The position numbers and the translations under genes are program-made. From NCBI GenBank assembly GCA_965230295.1, contig OZ246001.1, forward strand, positions 1,824,001-1,888,000: a DNA stretch of 64,000 nt, read 5' to 3'. Shown in pieces: positions 20,433 through 30,918 of the stretch. How positions within the stretch are numbered: the stretch's first letter is position 1; each line of letters starts with the position of its first letter. The notes beneath the pieces are model-generated. The model was given only the letters and a program-made list of their open reading frames with translations. It was not told where the DNA came from and ran no database searches. This stretch comes from Marinicella sp. GTDB taxonomy: Bacteria > Pseudomonadota > Gammaproteobacteria > Xanthomonadales > Marinicellaceae.

Positions 20433-21530
20433 TTAAATTTGTCGAACACAAAACTCAGGAGTGAGGTGGTCGACCCCAGCACGATTTATATGACTGTTGG
20501 CTTCTTCAGACTTCGTTTTCAAGACCGCAAACATCATGGTGGGTTTGATGGTTCCAGAATAAATGTGTTTTTCATCGGTTTCATGTATGGCATCTATGAA
20601 TGATAAATCATCAGGGTCATTCACATCAAAGTTGGGTCCAAATGGCCGGTCGATAAAAATCATTACAATGTTGGCAAACGGAATGAACAGGTCGAACTCA
20701 AATCGCTCAATCATCAATGGCAGCACATCTTGGGCGCGTATGCCTTCAAAGCCCTCACTGGAACAGTCGTGGTTGATGAACTTCTTTTCCAAGCGTTGCA
20801 TCGCATGGTTGTACATATATTTTTTGGGCATTTTGCGCCATATGTCTTCGATCAACGTGACGGCTTCGGGCCATCTTTGGTGGCCATTCCGGCCGATCAC
20901 ATCTGAGGTGATGAATTTTCCATGCTCAGTCAGTGCCAATTTGATGTTGTCATATAAGTGTTCGAGTTCGACCACATGGTGTAGGCTTTGATTGGCAATG
21001 ATGAGGTCATAGGATTTATGGGCTTGCCATTTGTTGAAGTCGGCTTGAAGAAAGGTCATTTTATCTGCCACCCCTTGTTCTGAGGCACGCTGTAAACCAC
21101 GATCAAACATAGCTTGGTTGATGTCCATGCATTCTATGATGAAGTTTTGGTATCCCTGTTTGGTTAAGTTTTTCGCCAACAACACTTCGGCGTCGCAATT
21201 ACCGGCGCCAATACTTAATATGGTGGTGTTACCCTGATTGTTTTTGATCGCTTGTATGGCATATTTTAAGAAGAATTCATCTGGGTTATTAAAGCCATGT
21301 TGAGTCAATTTGGGCACCAAATATTTGTTGGACCAATAATGAAAGATTTCTGGCAGGTCATTGACCTCTATTTCATCATTGAATCGGGTGATTTCATCAT
21401 GCAGGTGGTCTTTATAGGTTTTTGGGGCAGGCTTAAAAAACAGCTTGATGACCCAATGATAAATAGGCCTGAGCAATGCCTTGATGGGTTTTGGCATCAA
21501 GCGCTTTACTGTCTCAATGAAACCAGCCAT
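20433..21530 (-). CDS. class I SAM-dependent methyltransferase
   Basis: ILSIGAGNC motif I, MDINQ, ADFN and YDLIIANQSLHH. Confidence 0.85.
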   Translation of the reverse strand: MAGFIETVKRLMPKPIKALLRPIYHWVIKLFFKPAPKTYKDHLHDEITRFNDEIEVNDLPEIFHYWSNKYLVPKLTQHGFNNPDEFFLKYAIQAIKNNQGNTTILSIGAGNCDAEVLLAKNLTKQGYQNFIIECMDINQAMFDRGLQRASEQGVADKMTFLQADFNKWQAHKSYDLIIANQSLHHVVELEHLYDNIKLALTEHGKFITSDVIGRNGHQRWPEAVTLIEDIWRKMPKKYMYNHAMQRLEKKFINHDCSSEGFEGIRAQDVLPLMIERFEFDLFIPFANIVMIFIDRPFGPNFDVNDPDDLSFIDAIHETDEKHIYSGTIKPTMMFAVLKTKSEEANSHINRAGVDHLTPEFCVRQI

Positions 21531-22465
21531 CAGTCTTGGGATGGCGGTTGAAACTCATCAACCAGATAAATGGGTCTTTGCTTGCTTTCATTAAACATGC
21601 GGCCCAAGTATTCACCAATGATTCCCAGCGCTGTCAGTTGGATGCCGCCTAAAAACAAGATCACCACCATCAGGGATGGGTAGCCAGGGACATCACTGCC
21701 TAATATCAGGGTTTTGGCAATGATCACGGCCCCATAGATAAAGGCAAATATAGCCACGGTCATACCAATCCAAGTGGCAAAACGCAGTGGCATGTAACTG
21801 AAAGAAGTGATGCCATCCAAAGCAAAACGCCAGAGTTTGCCATAATTCCATTTGGTTTCACCAGCCGCTCTGGGCTCTCGTTCAAAATACAGCTGTTTTT
21901 GTTTGTAACCAACCCAGGCGAACAAACCTTTCATGAACCGGTTTCTTTCACGCAGTTTATTAACCGCTGTGTAGGCTTTCTTTGACATCAACCGGTAATC
22001 ACCGGTGTCTTTGGGGATGTCAATCTTGCTCATTGAGTTGATGATACGGTAGAACATGTTGGCGGTGGCTTTTTTGGTGGCTGATTCGCCGTGTCTGACT
22101 TTGCGGGTGGCATACACCACATCAAAACCGCTGTGCCAAGCTGCGATCATCTCAGGAATCAGTTCTGGTGGGTCCTGTAAATCAACATCAATCACCACTG
22201 CGGCATCGGCTGATGCATGATCCAGGCCTGCTGTCAGCGCATATTCTTTGCCAAAATTTCGACTCAAAGACAAGTAACCAAAGTTGCTGGCAGCCTCATG
22301 CATGTTGCGCATAACCTGTAAACTGTCATCGTCAGAGCCGTCATCAACAAAAATAACCCGCCACTGTACGTCACAAGATTGCATCACGGCAGTGATCCGC
22401 TCTTGAAACAAAGGGAGCACGTCTTGTTCATTATAAACAGGCACAATGATGTCTACAGATGGCAT
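21530..22465 (-). CDS. GT2 polyprenol-phosphate glycosyltransferase (GtrB/YfdH-like)
   Basis: Motifs VPVYNE, VDDGS, SRNFGKE, DVDLQDPPE and DTGDYRLM, two C-terminal TM helices, and GEYLGR. Confidence 0.92.
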   Translation of the reverse strand: MPSVDIIVPVYNEQDVLPLFQERITAVMQSCDVQWRVIFVDDGSDDDSLQVMRNMHEAASNFGYLSLSRNFGKEYALTAGLDHASADAAVVIDVDLQDPPELIPEMIAAWHSGFDVVYATRKVRHGESATKKATANMFYRIINSMSKIDIPKDTGDYRLMSKKAYTAVNKLRERNRFMKGLFAWVGYKQKQLYFEREPRAAGETKWNYGKLWRFALDGITSFSYMPLRFATWIGMTVAIFAFIYGAVIIAKTLILGSDVPGYPSLMVVILFLGGIQLTALGIIGEYLGRMFNESKQRPIYLVDEFQPPSQD

Positions 22466-22525
22466 AAATAAGCAAGGGTTAAAAAGGGTATTTTAACTAA
22501 TTAGTGCAATCATTGTTGCGATTCT

Positions 22526-22888
22526 TTATGGACGGATGAATTTGATTTGTATCTTCAATAGATAAAAGGTAACCCAACCCAGCAGCACACCGGTTACATT
22601 CATGACCCAATCCAGCCACTCCAAATACCGGTATGGTGTTAGGCTTTGTAGGAATTCGAGCACTGTGCCCAGTAGCACAAAACCAATGATGATGTGCCAG
22701 GTTTTGTTAGGATAAACATGAAAAAACCAATAACTAAGTACCCAATAGGTGCACAAGTGCAGCAACTTATCACCGCCTTGCACTTGGATGTTGGTTTCAG
22801 GCAAGCGCACCAAAGAAAGCATCACTACAGCAGCCACCATCAACCAGCCAAGGCTTCGGGTCAAGCGCAGTTTGTTTGCTGCATTCAT
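22526..22888 (-). CDS. VanZ-family membrane protein
   Basis: DKLLH...Y, EFLQ...R and DWVMNVTG. The ATG at 22888 overlaps the upstream stop (ATGA). Confidence 0.85.
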   Translation of the reverse strand: MNAANKLRLTRSLGWLMVAAVVMLSLVRLPETNIQVQGGDKLLHLCTYWVLSYWFFHVYPNKTWHIIIGFVLLGTVLEFLQSLTPYRYLEWLDWVMNVTGVLLGWVTFYLLKIQIKFIRP

Positions 22889-23973
22889 GAGTCTAACCAA
22901 CGGGTATAAGCTGCGTGCAAGTCTTGCCAATGGCATCGAATGTCTGCCGTTTGAAGTTGATCCAGTTTTTGTAGTTTTTGATAAATGGCTTGGGCCTCTT
23001 TTTTGGGGTTGCCTGGGGTTGAATTATACCGGTTGCTATCAGGATAAAGCTCGGGATAAACCAAGCGGTCGGGTACCAAAGGTAAGCAGCCACAAGCAGC
23101 AGCCTCCAGTACAGCCAGGCCCTGAAAGTCGTGTAAGGCGGTTGATAAAACCACATCGGCAGACTGTAAAATTTTAAGGTACTGGTCCCTCGATTCTATA
23201 AAACCCAGACTTAAACATTGGTCGCTGTGTTGTTCCTTGATGGTTTGCATGGTGGCGGGTTGTTCTCTGAATTGTTGTCCTATTATGTGAAATCGGATCG
23301 GCTTGGTGGTCGGCGATTTGTGCTGACAAAAATACAATAATTTGAGCAAGGTTTCAGGACCCTTGTCATGTTCCCAGCGGTGGTTCCATACAACTTCGGT
23401 GTATGGTTTTATCGATGTCTTGCTTGATCGATTGGGCTGGCAGTCATCGGCCAAGGGAACTGCCAAGACGGTTGATTTGGCAGCCAATTGATTTTCCAGG
23501 TTGTTAGGAATGCCATCTGGCATTTGTTTGATGAAACCTGATAAACCGGCAAAGAAGCTGTCGCGATTGAATTCAGAATTAAATGTAATTTGATCGGCAA
23601 CCATCGCCGAATACAAACTGCGCATTTGTATCTCTTTCAGGCCTTGTTGTTTGTGGTTGACCGGGTAAGCAAACTGGTTCTCATGGAAATAAAGCAGATT
23701 TGGAATTTTGGCCAAGTGAGGATACATGCCGCGTAAGGTGGCCAAATCTTTCATCGATGTGGCAATCAACAAATCATAATCGGCTTGTAAAAGATCATTG
23801 TATTCGGCTTTGAAATTCAGGGCATTGCCGCCCATACGCCAAGCAAAAAAACGGTCCTTTAAAGTCAAGACTACCCAGTCATGCTGGCCAAATTGAGACA
23901 CCAATTGCTCACGCCAAAACCGGTGAGAACGGGCGTCATAAGCAGACAACAGCAGAATGCGTTTGGATTTCAT
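22885..23973 (-). CDS. DUF3524 GT4 glycosyltransferase (GTDC1/QTMAN homolog)
   Basis: Motifs SH..W, R..AWRM, YFHENQFAYP, FNSEFN, WNHRWEHDKGP and STALHDFQGLAVLEA...P..P.RLVYPE. Confidence 0.85.
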   Translation of the reverse strand: MKSKRILLLSAYDARSHRFWREQLVSQFGQHDWVVLTLKDRFFAWRMGGNALNFKAEYNDLLQADYDLLIATSMKDLATLRGMYPHLAKIPNLLYFHENQFAYPVNHKQQGLKEIQMRSLYSAMVADQITFNSEFNRDSFFAGLSGFIKQMPDGIPNNLENQLAAKSTVLAVPLADDCQPNRSSKTSIKPYTEVVWNHRWEHDKGPETLLKLLYFCQHKSPTTKPIRFHIIGQQFREQPATMQTIKEQHSDQCLSLGFIESRDQYLKILQSADVVLSTALHDFQGLAVLEAAACGCLPLVPDRLVYPELYPDSNRYNSTPGNPKKEAQAIYQKLQKLDQLQTADIRCHWQDLHAAYTRWLDS

Positions 23974-24098
23974 TTTCTGCGGTTGTCGCCACACATTAGA
24001 TGAATTGTTTTATCTTTCAACACGCCACCCTGGTTGGTAAAGCGAAGCTTTATCAGTAGGGTATGCGAAATCAGTTCAAGCATGCCCTTGGGACTTCA

Positions 24099-26003
24099 TC
24101 ATTTGTTTTTGATGTCTTCTTTCAGTCGATCGACAAAACCCATCACCGCTTCTTGGGCCGTTTCAGTGGCATTCAAACTGGTGTACTGCAGTTCTGAGCC
24201 ATAACCGGTTCCAATTGAATCGCCTGATGACAAGTCATAGCTGTCGACGTCTAACTGGGCGCTGACCATGATCGAAGAGCGGCCATAATATTCCAGTGTT
24301 TGTTGTCCAACATGGTTTACATTGGCAATGATCATGGCTTCTCCGCCGTAAGCATCTAACTTGCTTTTGATCGCTGCCAAATCAACACCCTGAGACATGG
24401 CCTGAGCCATGCCAGGAACGAATTGCTCATTCAATACTTTGATGTTGTCACGTTTGAGTTCAGCTTCCAGAATTTTTTCAATCGGATTGGCCACCGCTGG
24501 GTCACCAAATACCAACACCGCAACGCCTTTGTCTTTCTTCATCACCTTGGGTTTTCGGATCACCGGTGTGGATTTTTTTTCAATAAAAGCATCGACACTT
24601 TTGTTGGCATGATCAACAGCCGCCAGAGTGGTGGTCTGGGTTTGGGCTTGTTGCTGATCAATTTTGGCTTGGTTGATCACTGAATCAGCAAGGTTCGGAT
24701 TGGTCGTTGTTTGGACCAAATCATGACCAGGGTTAACACCCGCATCATTGCTTGTTGTCACCTGGCCTGGATCAACTTGCTGGTTGTTATCACTGTCCTC
24801 TTGAGCCAGCTGCGCATTCATGTCATCGCTGATTTGAGCCAGTTCTTCTTTGGATTTCAAATTGACATCATCCAATTGCATGTTGTCAGCACTTTTACCC
24901 AGTAAAGTCATTGGTTGAGTTTGGTTGGATTGGTCATCAACTTTGTTGCCAAATGGTGAAGGAATAAAGCCTTCATATATCCCGACAGCACCAACACCAA
25001 CAGCCAAAACCAATGACAATACAGTCCAAGCCAACTTGTTGGACTTCCTTTTGGTTTTTGGCACCATGGTTTCCAATGTTGCGGCAGCTTGCATGGTCAC
25101 TTGCTGTGACACATTGGCTTTTTTCTTTTCGGGTTTGACCGATACCGCTTGCTTTTTGATGTCCTCCAAACTCAAATCTATGGTTGAAGGTCCCAATTGC
25201 CTGATCACTTCTTGGCATGATTGACAGCGTTCCTCTGGATTCTTGGCAATCATTTTTTCTAAGATGTAACTGGTTTTCTTGTCGACTTTTTTGTTGATCT
25301 CACGGATGTCTGGGATTTCTGCCTGAACCACTTCCAGCATCAGGCCCAATGGGCTGTCATTTTCGAATGGCACTTTGCCGGCCAGCATTTCATAAAACAC
25401 GATGCCCAAGGCAAAAATGTCCGAACGTGCATCGACTTCTTTACCGGTACACACTTCAGGAGAAAGGTAGCCAGGTGTGCCAACGAATTCACCAGTATTG
25501 GTTAATTTGTCACCGTACTCTCTGGTTTGAGCGATGCCAAAATCAACCACTTTAACGGTGCCATCATCACAGATCATCAGGTTAGCGGGTTTGATGTCTC
25601 GATGTACCAGATCACGCTCATGAGCCACCGCTAATCCGGCACAGGCCTGACGCAGGATTTCTTTGGCATGCGGAACAGTCAACACACTGTTACCACGCAA
25701 CAGGTCGTCCAAAGAAACGCCTTCAATAAACTCCATGGCAAAATAAGGTTGTTTCTCTTCCATACCAATGAAATACACTTGTATCACATTGGGATGATTG
25801 ATCGCTGCCATACTTTTGGCTTCACGGGTAAACCGCTCGATCAAACCTTCATCCCCCAACAAGTGTTCGCCCAATGCTTTGATGGCTACATGCCTGTTCA
25901 ATGAGGGTTCCCAGGCCTTATATACCACACCCATGCCGCCCCTGCCTAATTCAGATACGACTTCATAATGACCAAATTTCTTATTCATAATATTTTCCGA
26001 CAT
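24099..26003 (-). CDS. Hanks-type Ser/Thr protein kinase with TM helix and periplasmic domain
   Basis: Motifs LGRGGMGVVY, VAIK, HRDIKPAN, DFG, GTPGYLSPE and SDIFALG. TM segment LAWTVLSLVLAVGVGAVGIY. Confidence 0.93.
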   Translation of the reverse strand: MSENIMNKKFGHYEVVSELGRGGMGVVYKAWEPSLNRHVAIKALGEHLLGDEGLIERFTREAKSMAAINHPNVIQVYFIGMEEKQPYFAMEFIEGVSLDDLLRGNSVLTVPHAKEILRQACAGLAVAHERDLVHRDIKPANLMICDDGTVKVVDFGIAQTREYGDKLTNTGEFVGTPGYLSPEVCTGKEVDARSDIFALGIVFYEMLAGKVPFENDSPLGLMLEVVQAEIPDIREINKKVDKKTSYILEKMIAKNPEERCQSCQEVIRQLGPSTIDLSLEDIKKQAVSVKPEKKKANVSQQVTMQAAATLETMVPKTKRKSNKLAWTVLSLVLAVGVGAVGIYEGFIPSPFGNKVDDQSNQTQPMTLLGKSADNMQLDDVNLKSKEELAQISDDMNAQLAQEDSDNNQQVDPGQVTTSNDAGVNPGHDLVQTTTNPNLADSVINQAKIDQQQAQTQTTTLAAVDHANKSVDAFIEKKSTPVIRKPKVMKKDKGVAVLVFGDPAVANPIEKILEAELKRDNIKVLNEQFVPGMAQAMSQGVDLAAIKSKLDAYGGEAMIIANVNHVGQQTLEYYGRSSIMVSAQLDVDSYDLSSGDSIGTGYGSELQYTSLNATETAQEAVMGFVDRLKEDIKNK

Positions 26004-26099
26004 AGTCTTATCCCGCCCCAATAGTCTCGGTTTTTATTTTTCGAGCTTATATTGTAAACATGCGGTTTGAATATGAGCTTAACCCAAAAACCCGAGTTT

Positions 26100-26115
26100 T
26101 GTGAAGCAGATCACT
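26100..26115. promoter_or_regulatory. CRP-family binding site
   Basis: TGTGA-AGCAGA-TCACT (9/10 match to TGTGA-N6-TCACA) between the divergent kinase and aspS genes. Confidence 0.5.
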
Positions 26116-26223
26116 TTTTAATCGCCATATTTGGCCATTTATAGGCACAAATAGGTGTTATCTGTACACCTTGTTAAGGTAAAATTGCCTGCTTTTTTAA
26201 AGAAACTTGAAGGTTTAAATAGC

Positions 26224-27999
26224 ATGCGGAATGAATTTTGTGGTCAGGTCACGGAAAAATACCTGGATCAACAAGTTGAAGTCTGTGGTTGGGTCGGCAA
26301 TCGACGCGACCATGGGGGCGTCATATTCATTGATTTAAGAGACCACACGGGCTTGGTTCAGGTGGTGGTTGAACCTGATAATGAAGCGGCATTTAAGATT
26401 GCTGACAGTGCCCGTTATGAGTACTGTTTGCGCGTCAAAGGTACCGTAAGAAATCGGCCAGAAGGTCAAAACAATGATAAATTAGCCACTGGTCAAATTG
26501 AAGTGGTTGTGGATGAATACCACGTCTTGAATCCGTCTAAACCTTTGCCCTTTATGTTGGACGAGCACCCGGGTGAAAACATCCGCCTGCAATACCGCTA
26601 CTTGGACCTCAGACGCGACAACATGCAACACAACATGCGCTTGCGTTCGAAGTTAACCCACGCCTTGCGCAATCAGCTGCATCAGCAAGACTTCTTAGAC
26701 ATTGAAACACCGGTTTTGACCAAAGCAACGCCTGAAGGAGCGCGTGACTTTTTGGTGCCATCCAGGATGAATGCCGGCCAGTTTTATGCCATGCCACAAT
26801 CGCCACAACTGTTCAAACAATTGTTGATGATGTCCGGGATGGATCGTTATTATCAAATTGCGCGGTGTTTCCGTGATGAAGACTTGCGTGCCGATCGCCA
26901 GCCTGAGTTCACCCAATTGGATATTGAGATGGCTTTTGTCGAGCAAGAAGATGTGTTGCAAATGGCAGAAAACCTGATCCGCAACACCTTCAAGGAAGTC
27001 ATGGATGTTGAGTTAGCAAACCCATTCCCACGCATGACCTATGCTGAAGCCATGCGCCGCTATGGCTCTGACAAGCCAGATTTGCGCATCGATTTGGAAT
27101 TAGTGGATGTGGCTGACGCGGTGAAAGATTCTGAATTTAAAGTGTTCTCAGCACCAGCCAATGACCCCAATGGCCGTGTGGCGGTGTTGAAAGTGCCTCA
27201 AGGTGGGGCCAACTTCACCCGCAAACAAATTGATGAATACGAGCCATATGCCCGCCGTTTTGGTGCCCGTGGTTTGGCTTGGATCAAGGTCAATGACAAG
27301 TCTGCAGGTAAAGAAGGCTTACAATCACCCATTGTTAAATTCCTCAGTGACGATGCTTTGGCTGGAATTTTGTCAGCAACCGCAGCTGACAATGGCGATC
27401 TGTTGTTCTTCGGTGCTGGTAAATACAATGAAGTGAGCCAGTTTATGGGTGCTTTGCGTTTGAAAGTGGGTCAAGACATTGGACAAGTCAGTGATACATG
27501 GGAGCCCTTGTGGGTGGTTGATTTTCCGATGTTTGAGTACAACGATGATGAAAACCGGTGGGACGCATTGCATCACCCATTCACCGCACCGACAGGCTCT
27601 GTTGAAGCATTGAAAAGCAACCCGGGCGAAGCTTTGTCAAAAGGCTATGACATGGTGATGAATGGCGTGGAATTGGGTGGTGGCTCGATCCGTATTCATG
27701 ACCAGCAAATGCAATCATCGGTGCTTGAGTTATTGGGCATCAGTGAACAGCAAGCCGAAGAAAAATTTGGTTTCCTGTTAGAAGCACTGCAATTTGGTTG
27801 TCCCCCACATGGCGGCATTGCTTTCGGTGTTGATCGCATGGCCGCATTGTTGTGTGGTGAAGAATCGATCCGTGAGGTGATTGCCTTCCCGAAAACCTCC
27901 AGTGGTCATTGTCCATTAACCAGCGCCCCATCAGTCATTGACCCCGAACAACTGGCTGAGGTCCATGTTCAGGTCATTGAACCTGAAACGGATGACTGA
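26224..27999 (+). CDS. aspS: aspartate-tRNA ligase
   Basis: [14 protein letters not shown] (His as in non-discriminating Asp/Asn enzymes), [33 protein letters not shown] and PPHGG. Start ATG at 26224. Confidence 0.98.
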   Translation: MRNEFCGQVTEKYLDQQVEVCGWVGNRRDHGGVIFIDLRDHTGLVQVVVEPDNEAAFKIADSARYEYCLRVKGTVRNRPEGQNNDKLATGQIEVVVDEYHVLNPSKPLPFMLDEHPGENIRLQYRYLDLRRDNMQHNMRLRSKLTHALRNQLHQQDFLDIETPVLTKATPEGARDFLVPSRMNAGQFYAMPQSPQLFKQLLMMSGMDRYYQIARCFRDEDLRADRQPEFTQLDIEMAFVEQEDVLQMAENLIRNTFKEVMDVELANPFPRMTYAEAMRRYGSDKPDLRIDLELVDVADAVKDSEFKVFSAPANDPNGRVAVLKVPQGGANFTRKQIDEYEPYARRFGARGLAWIKVNDKSAGKEGLQSPIVKFLSDDALAGILSATAADNGDLLFFGAGKYNEVSQFMGALRLKVGQDIGQVSDTWEPLWVVDFPMFEYNDDENRWDALHHPFTAPTGSVEALKSNPGEALSKGYDMVMNGVELGGGSIRIHDQQMQSSVLELLGISEQQAEEKFGFLLEALQFGCPPHGGIAFGVDRMAALLCGEESIREVIAFPKTSSGHCPLTSAPSVIDPEQLAEVHVQVIEPETDD

Positions 28000-28606
28000 A
28001 TCACAACAAGAAGCTGTTGTATTGGTCCATGGCTTGTACATGAAGCCATGGACCTGGATTTCCTACCGCCGATTCTTGACCCGACAAGGGTATCGTGTCT
28101 ATACTTTTGGCTATAAAACAACCCGCCAACCCTTTGCATTGACCTTGATGAAATTGGTGGCCTTTGTCAATTCCCGCCACGAACAAACCGTGCATCTGGT
28201 GGTGCATTCAATGGGTGGTATTTTAAGTATGCGTGCCTTACCCAAAATCACCAAACCAGGCAAAATGGTGATGCTGGGTTCACCAGTCAAAGGTTCCAAA
28301 GTGGCCAAAAAACTCAAGCACATGGGCTGGCACAAAGGCTTGTTGAACCACGCCACAGAGCCTTTAACTGCCGGCCTGGTCGATGCGGTCAAACAAAGAG
28401 ACACCTTGATGATTGCTGGCACTTCGCCTTATGGTTTGGGTCGCTTCATAGAGCCGAAGTTGGGTCCCAGTGATGGAACGGTGGCGGTGCATGAAACCCA
28501 GGCAGAGTGGCTGGATGAACACCGTGAAATTCACAGCAGCCACTTCGGTTTGTTGCGCAACAAACAAGCCCAAGCCATGACTTTGGAGTTTTTACAAGAA
28601 ACATAA
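27992..28606 (+). CDS. alpha/beta hydrolase (lipase/esterase family)
   Basis: Motifs VLVHGL, HSMGG nucleophile elbow, LGSP, SDGTV and SHFGLL. Confidence 0.85.
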   Translation: MTESQQEAVVLVHGLYMKPWTWISYRRFLTRQGYRVYTFGYKTTRQPFALTLMKLVAFVNSRHEQTVHLVVHSMGGILSMRALPKITKPGKMVMLGSPVKGSKVAKKLKHMGWHKGLLNHATEPLTAGLVDAVKQRDTLMIAGTSPYGLGRFIEPKLGPSDGTVAVHETQAEWLDEHREIHSSHFGLLRNKQAQAMTLEFLQET

Positions 28607-28703
28607 TCTGGCTCAAAACAAGTTTGTCATCTGTTACTTTAATTCACAAACGCTGATTCACTGATTTGCTACAATGCTGGGTTTTAAACTCAAGAGTGTT
28701 GTT

Positions 28704-29555
28704 ATGGACCAAAGAGAAGTTTCTTTTGTTGAACAAATCAAAGCCTACATCGGCGACTTTTTTAACAATCCGGAAGCCATGATTGGCATCCTGAAAGGCC
28801 TGATTTTGGCATTGTTGATTTTTTGGATTGGTCGTCGCGTGGCCAAATGGGTGTCCAATATGGTGGCCAAAGGATTGACCAAAACGGGCAATGACCCTAT
28901 TTTAGTCAATTTTCTGAAAAACCTGGTCTACTATGTGATTCTGGCCGCTGTGATCATCATGGCATTGGGTCAATTGGGGGTACAGACCACATCGTTGATT
29001 GCAGTGATGGGTGCAGCTGGTCTGGCCATAGGCTTGGCCTTGAAAGATTCTTTGTCAAACTTTGCATCGGGTGTGATGCTGGTGATGTTCAGGCCGTTTA
29101 AATTGGGCGATGTGGTTGAAGTGGCCGGCGTGACTGGCAAGGTGCAAGAAATTCGTATTTTCAGTACCATCATCAATACCCCTGATCAAAAAGAAATGAT
29201 CGTGCCCAATGGACTCATTACTGCTGATGTGATCACCAACTACACGGCCCAAAAAACCCGCAGGGTGGATTTGGTGATTGGTGTCAGTTATGACGATGAC
29301 ATCAAACAAGCCAAGCAAATCATCGAAGAAACAGTGACCGCGCACGCTTTGGTACTGCAAGATCCTGCGCCGACCATCATGCTGTTGGAATTGGCTGATT
29401 CAAGTGTCAACTTTGCAGTCAGACCTTGGTGTAAAACTGATGACTATTGGACGGTATATGGTGATTTGTTGGAGCAATTAAAATACAACCTGGAAGCCGG
29501 TGGATGCAGTTTCCCTTACCCTCAAACGGATGTGCATTTACACAAAGTCAGTTAA
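28704..29555 (+). CDS. mscS: small-conductance mechanosensitive channel
   Basis: Motifs GAAGLAIGLAL..SLSNFASG, FRPFKLGD, VPNG, LADSSVNF and PYPQ. Confidence 0.92.
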   Translation: MDQREVSFVEQIKAYIGDFFNNPEAMIGILKGLILALLIFWIGRRVAKWVSNMVAKGLTKTGNDPILVNFLKNLVYYVILAAVIIMALGQLGVQTTSLIAVMGAAGLAIGLALKDSLSNFASGVMLVMFRPFKLGDVVEVAGVTGKVQEIRIFSTIINTPDQKEMIVPNGLITADVITNYTAQKTRRVDLVIGVSYDDDIKQAKQIIEETVTAHALVLQDPAPTIMLLELADSSVNFAVRPWCKTDDYWTVYGDLLEQLKYNLEAGGCSFPYPQTDVHLHKVS

Positions 29556-29575
29556 GTCTGAATGCAGAGATGAAC

Positions 29576-29602
29576 AAAAGGCTGGATTCGTTCAGCCTTT
29601 TT
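29576..29602. terminator. bidirectional intrinsic terminator
   Basis: AAAAGGCTG-GATTCGTT-CAGCCTTTTTT between convergent genes. Confidence 0.8.
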
Positions 29603-30339
29603 TATTTTCTGGCCACAGCGACTAAGCGTTCGGCAGCCAAATCATAATCATCCTTGTTGAGGGAGCCATATATTTCAACCTGCTTAAAACCGGCTTTGAT
29701 TAGCATTGCTGTCAATTCTTCAGCAGAATAAACATAGTGTTCATATTCCCAGCGGTGGGCTTGATTGTCTCTTACCAGAATCCATTCGTTGGAATAAATA
29801 CGCATGTTATCGGTCAACAAAGGTCGTTCAAACCTTAAGTCACCGTTGTCGTATTCGGTGCAGTGAACCGGTTCAATGGCATGCGCTGCTTGCTCCTTGC
29901 CAAAGGTGTCAATCACCAAGGTTCCGGAAGGGTTCAGCCACTGGCAGGCGTTGTTCAAAACTTGTTGGTTTTCAGCTGGATTGGGATAATAGCCAAAAGA
30001 AGTGAACAGGTTGGTGATCAGGTCGAATTTTTCATTGGGTTGGTAGGCCAACAAGTCACTGTGAACCAGGTTGGCTTCTAACTGTTCTTGATCGATCAGG
30101 TTGGCAGCCTGGTTTAATAAGTAACCACTCAAATCCACACCGGTGATGGTCAGTTTTTTTCTGGCGAAGCCCAATACGTGTCGACCCGGTCCACAGGCCA
30201 AGTCCAACACCGAAGAGACCGGATGGTTGACCAAATCAAGAATTTGCTGGCATTGTTGATTGGCCAGTTGGAAGCTTTCACGATCAAACATACATTCATA
30301 AAAAACTTCCCACATGCTGTTGTTATCAAACCAAGACAT
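29602..30339 (-). CDS. class I SAM-dependent methyltransferase
   Basis: Motifs VLDLACGPGRH, GVDLS and FDLITNLFTSFGY. Confidence 0.9.
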   Translation of the reverse strand: MSWFDNNSMWEVFYECMFDRESFQLANQQCQQILDLVNHPVSSVLDLACGPGRHVLGFARKKLTITGVDLSGYLLNQAANLIDQEQLEANLVHSDLLAYQPNEKFDLITNLFTSFGYYPNPAENQQVLNNACQWLNPSGTLVIDTFGKEQAAHAIEPVHCTEYDNGDLRFERPLLTDNMRIYSNEWILVRDNQAHRWEYEHYVYSAEELTAMLIKAGFKQVEIYGSLNKDDYDLAAERLVAVARK

Positions 30340-30350
30340 GTTTTACTTAC

Positions 30351-30389
30351 CGAAAAAAAAAGACACTTTAAAGTAAAAGTGTCTTTTCG
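30351..30389 (-). terminator. intrinsic terminator of the YegP gene
   Basis: The minus strand reads AAAAGACACTTT-TACTTT-AAAGTGTCTTTTTTTTT. Confidence 0.75.
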
Positions 30390-30414
30390 AATAGTTTTTT
30401 ATCTGAAAGTTCGG

Positions 30415-30747
30415 TTACCTTTCATCAACTACTTTAGCGTCAGCTGCATTCTTAGCCACAGAAGCCATGCCATTTTTACAACCACTGCTGGTTTTATACA
30501 TTTGTGATCGGCCAATTTCCTGGCCATTGTTGGCTTTCAAAACAAAATAGTTACGACCATCTTTGGCTTCACGGCAATCAAATTTAGATTCATCACCGGC
30601 GTTGGCCTTGACTGACTCAATGCCGTTTTCACATCCTGAGGCCGAGCTGTAACCTTGCGATTGTAAAATCACCTCGCCATTACCTGCTTTCAACACAAAA
30701 TAATCTTTTCCATCTTTACCTTTAGTTATACAAAATTTTCCTGCCAT
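30415..30747 (-). CDS. yegP: YegP family protein (two DUF1508 repeats)
   Basis: The unit YFVLKA.NG.(V/E)I..SQ.Y...SGC.NG..SV..NA occurs twice. Confidence 0.88.
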   Translation of the reverse strand: MAGKFCITKGKDGKDYFVLKAGNGEVILQSQGYSSASGCENGIESVKANAGDESKFDCREAKDGRNYFVLKANNGQEIGRSQMYKTSSGCKNGMASVAKNAADAKVVDER

Positions 30748-30918
30748 GATTATTGACTCTCTCTAATTAGGTGACCTTAACTGAAGGGCTTCCCGTACAG
30801 GGGTCACAATACAAATAATAAATATCCGCACAGGACATTTTCCTTCATTCATATTAAAATAGCCGATTCAGAATGTAAATCACATATTATAAAAGTTTAC
30901 AATTGCCTTGGTATTAAT

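Noticed and set aside
26155-26223. N-terminal extensions in the ORF track (aspS, also hflX, hfq, surA, rsmA, fnr and ArsR)
   Set aside because: Family homology begins at downstream ATG codons, which were used instead.
30771-30807. Riboswitch upstream of yegP (GTGACC...GGTCAC hairpin)
   Set aside because: It is a single stem with no recognisable aptamer consensus.
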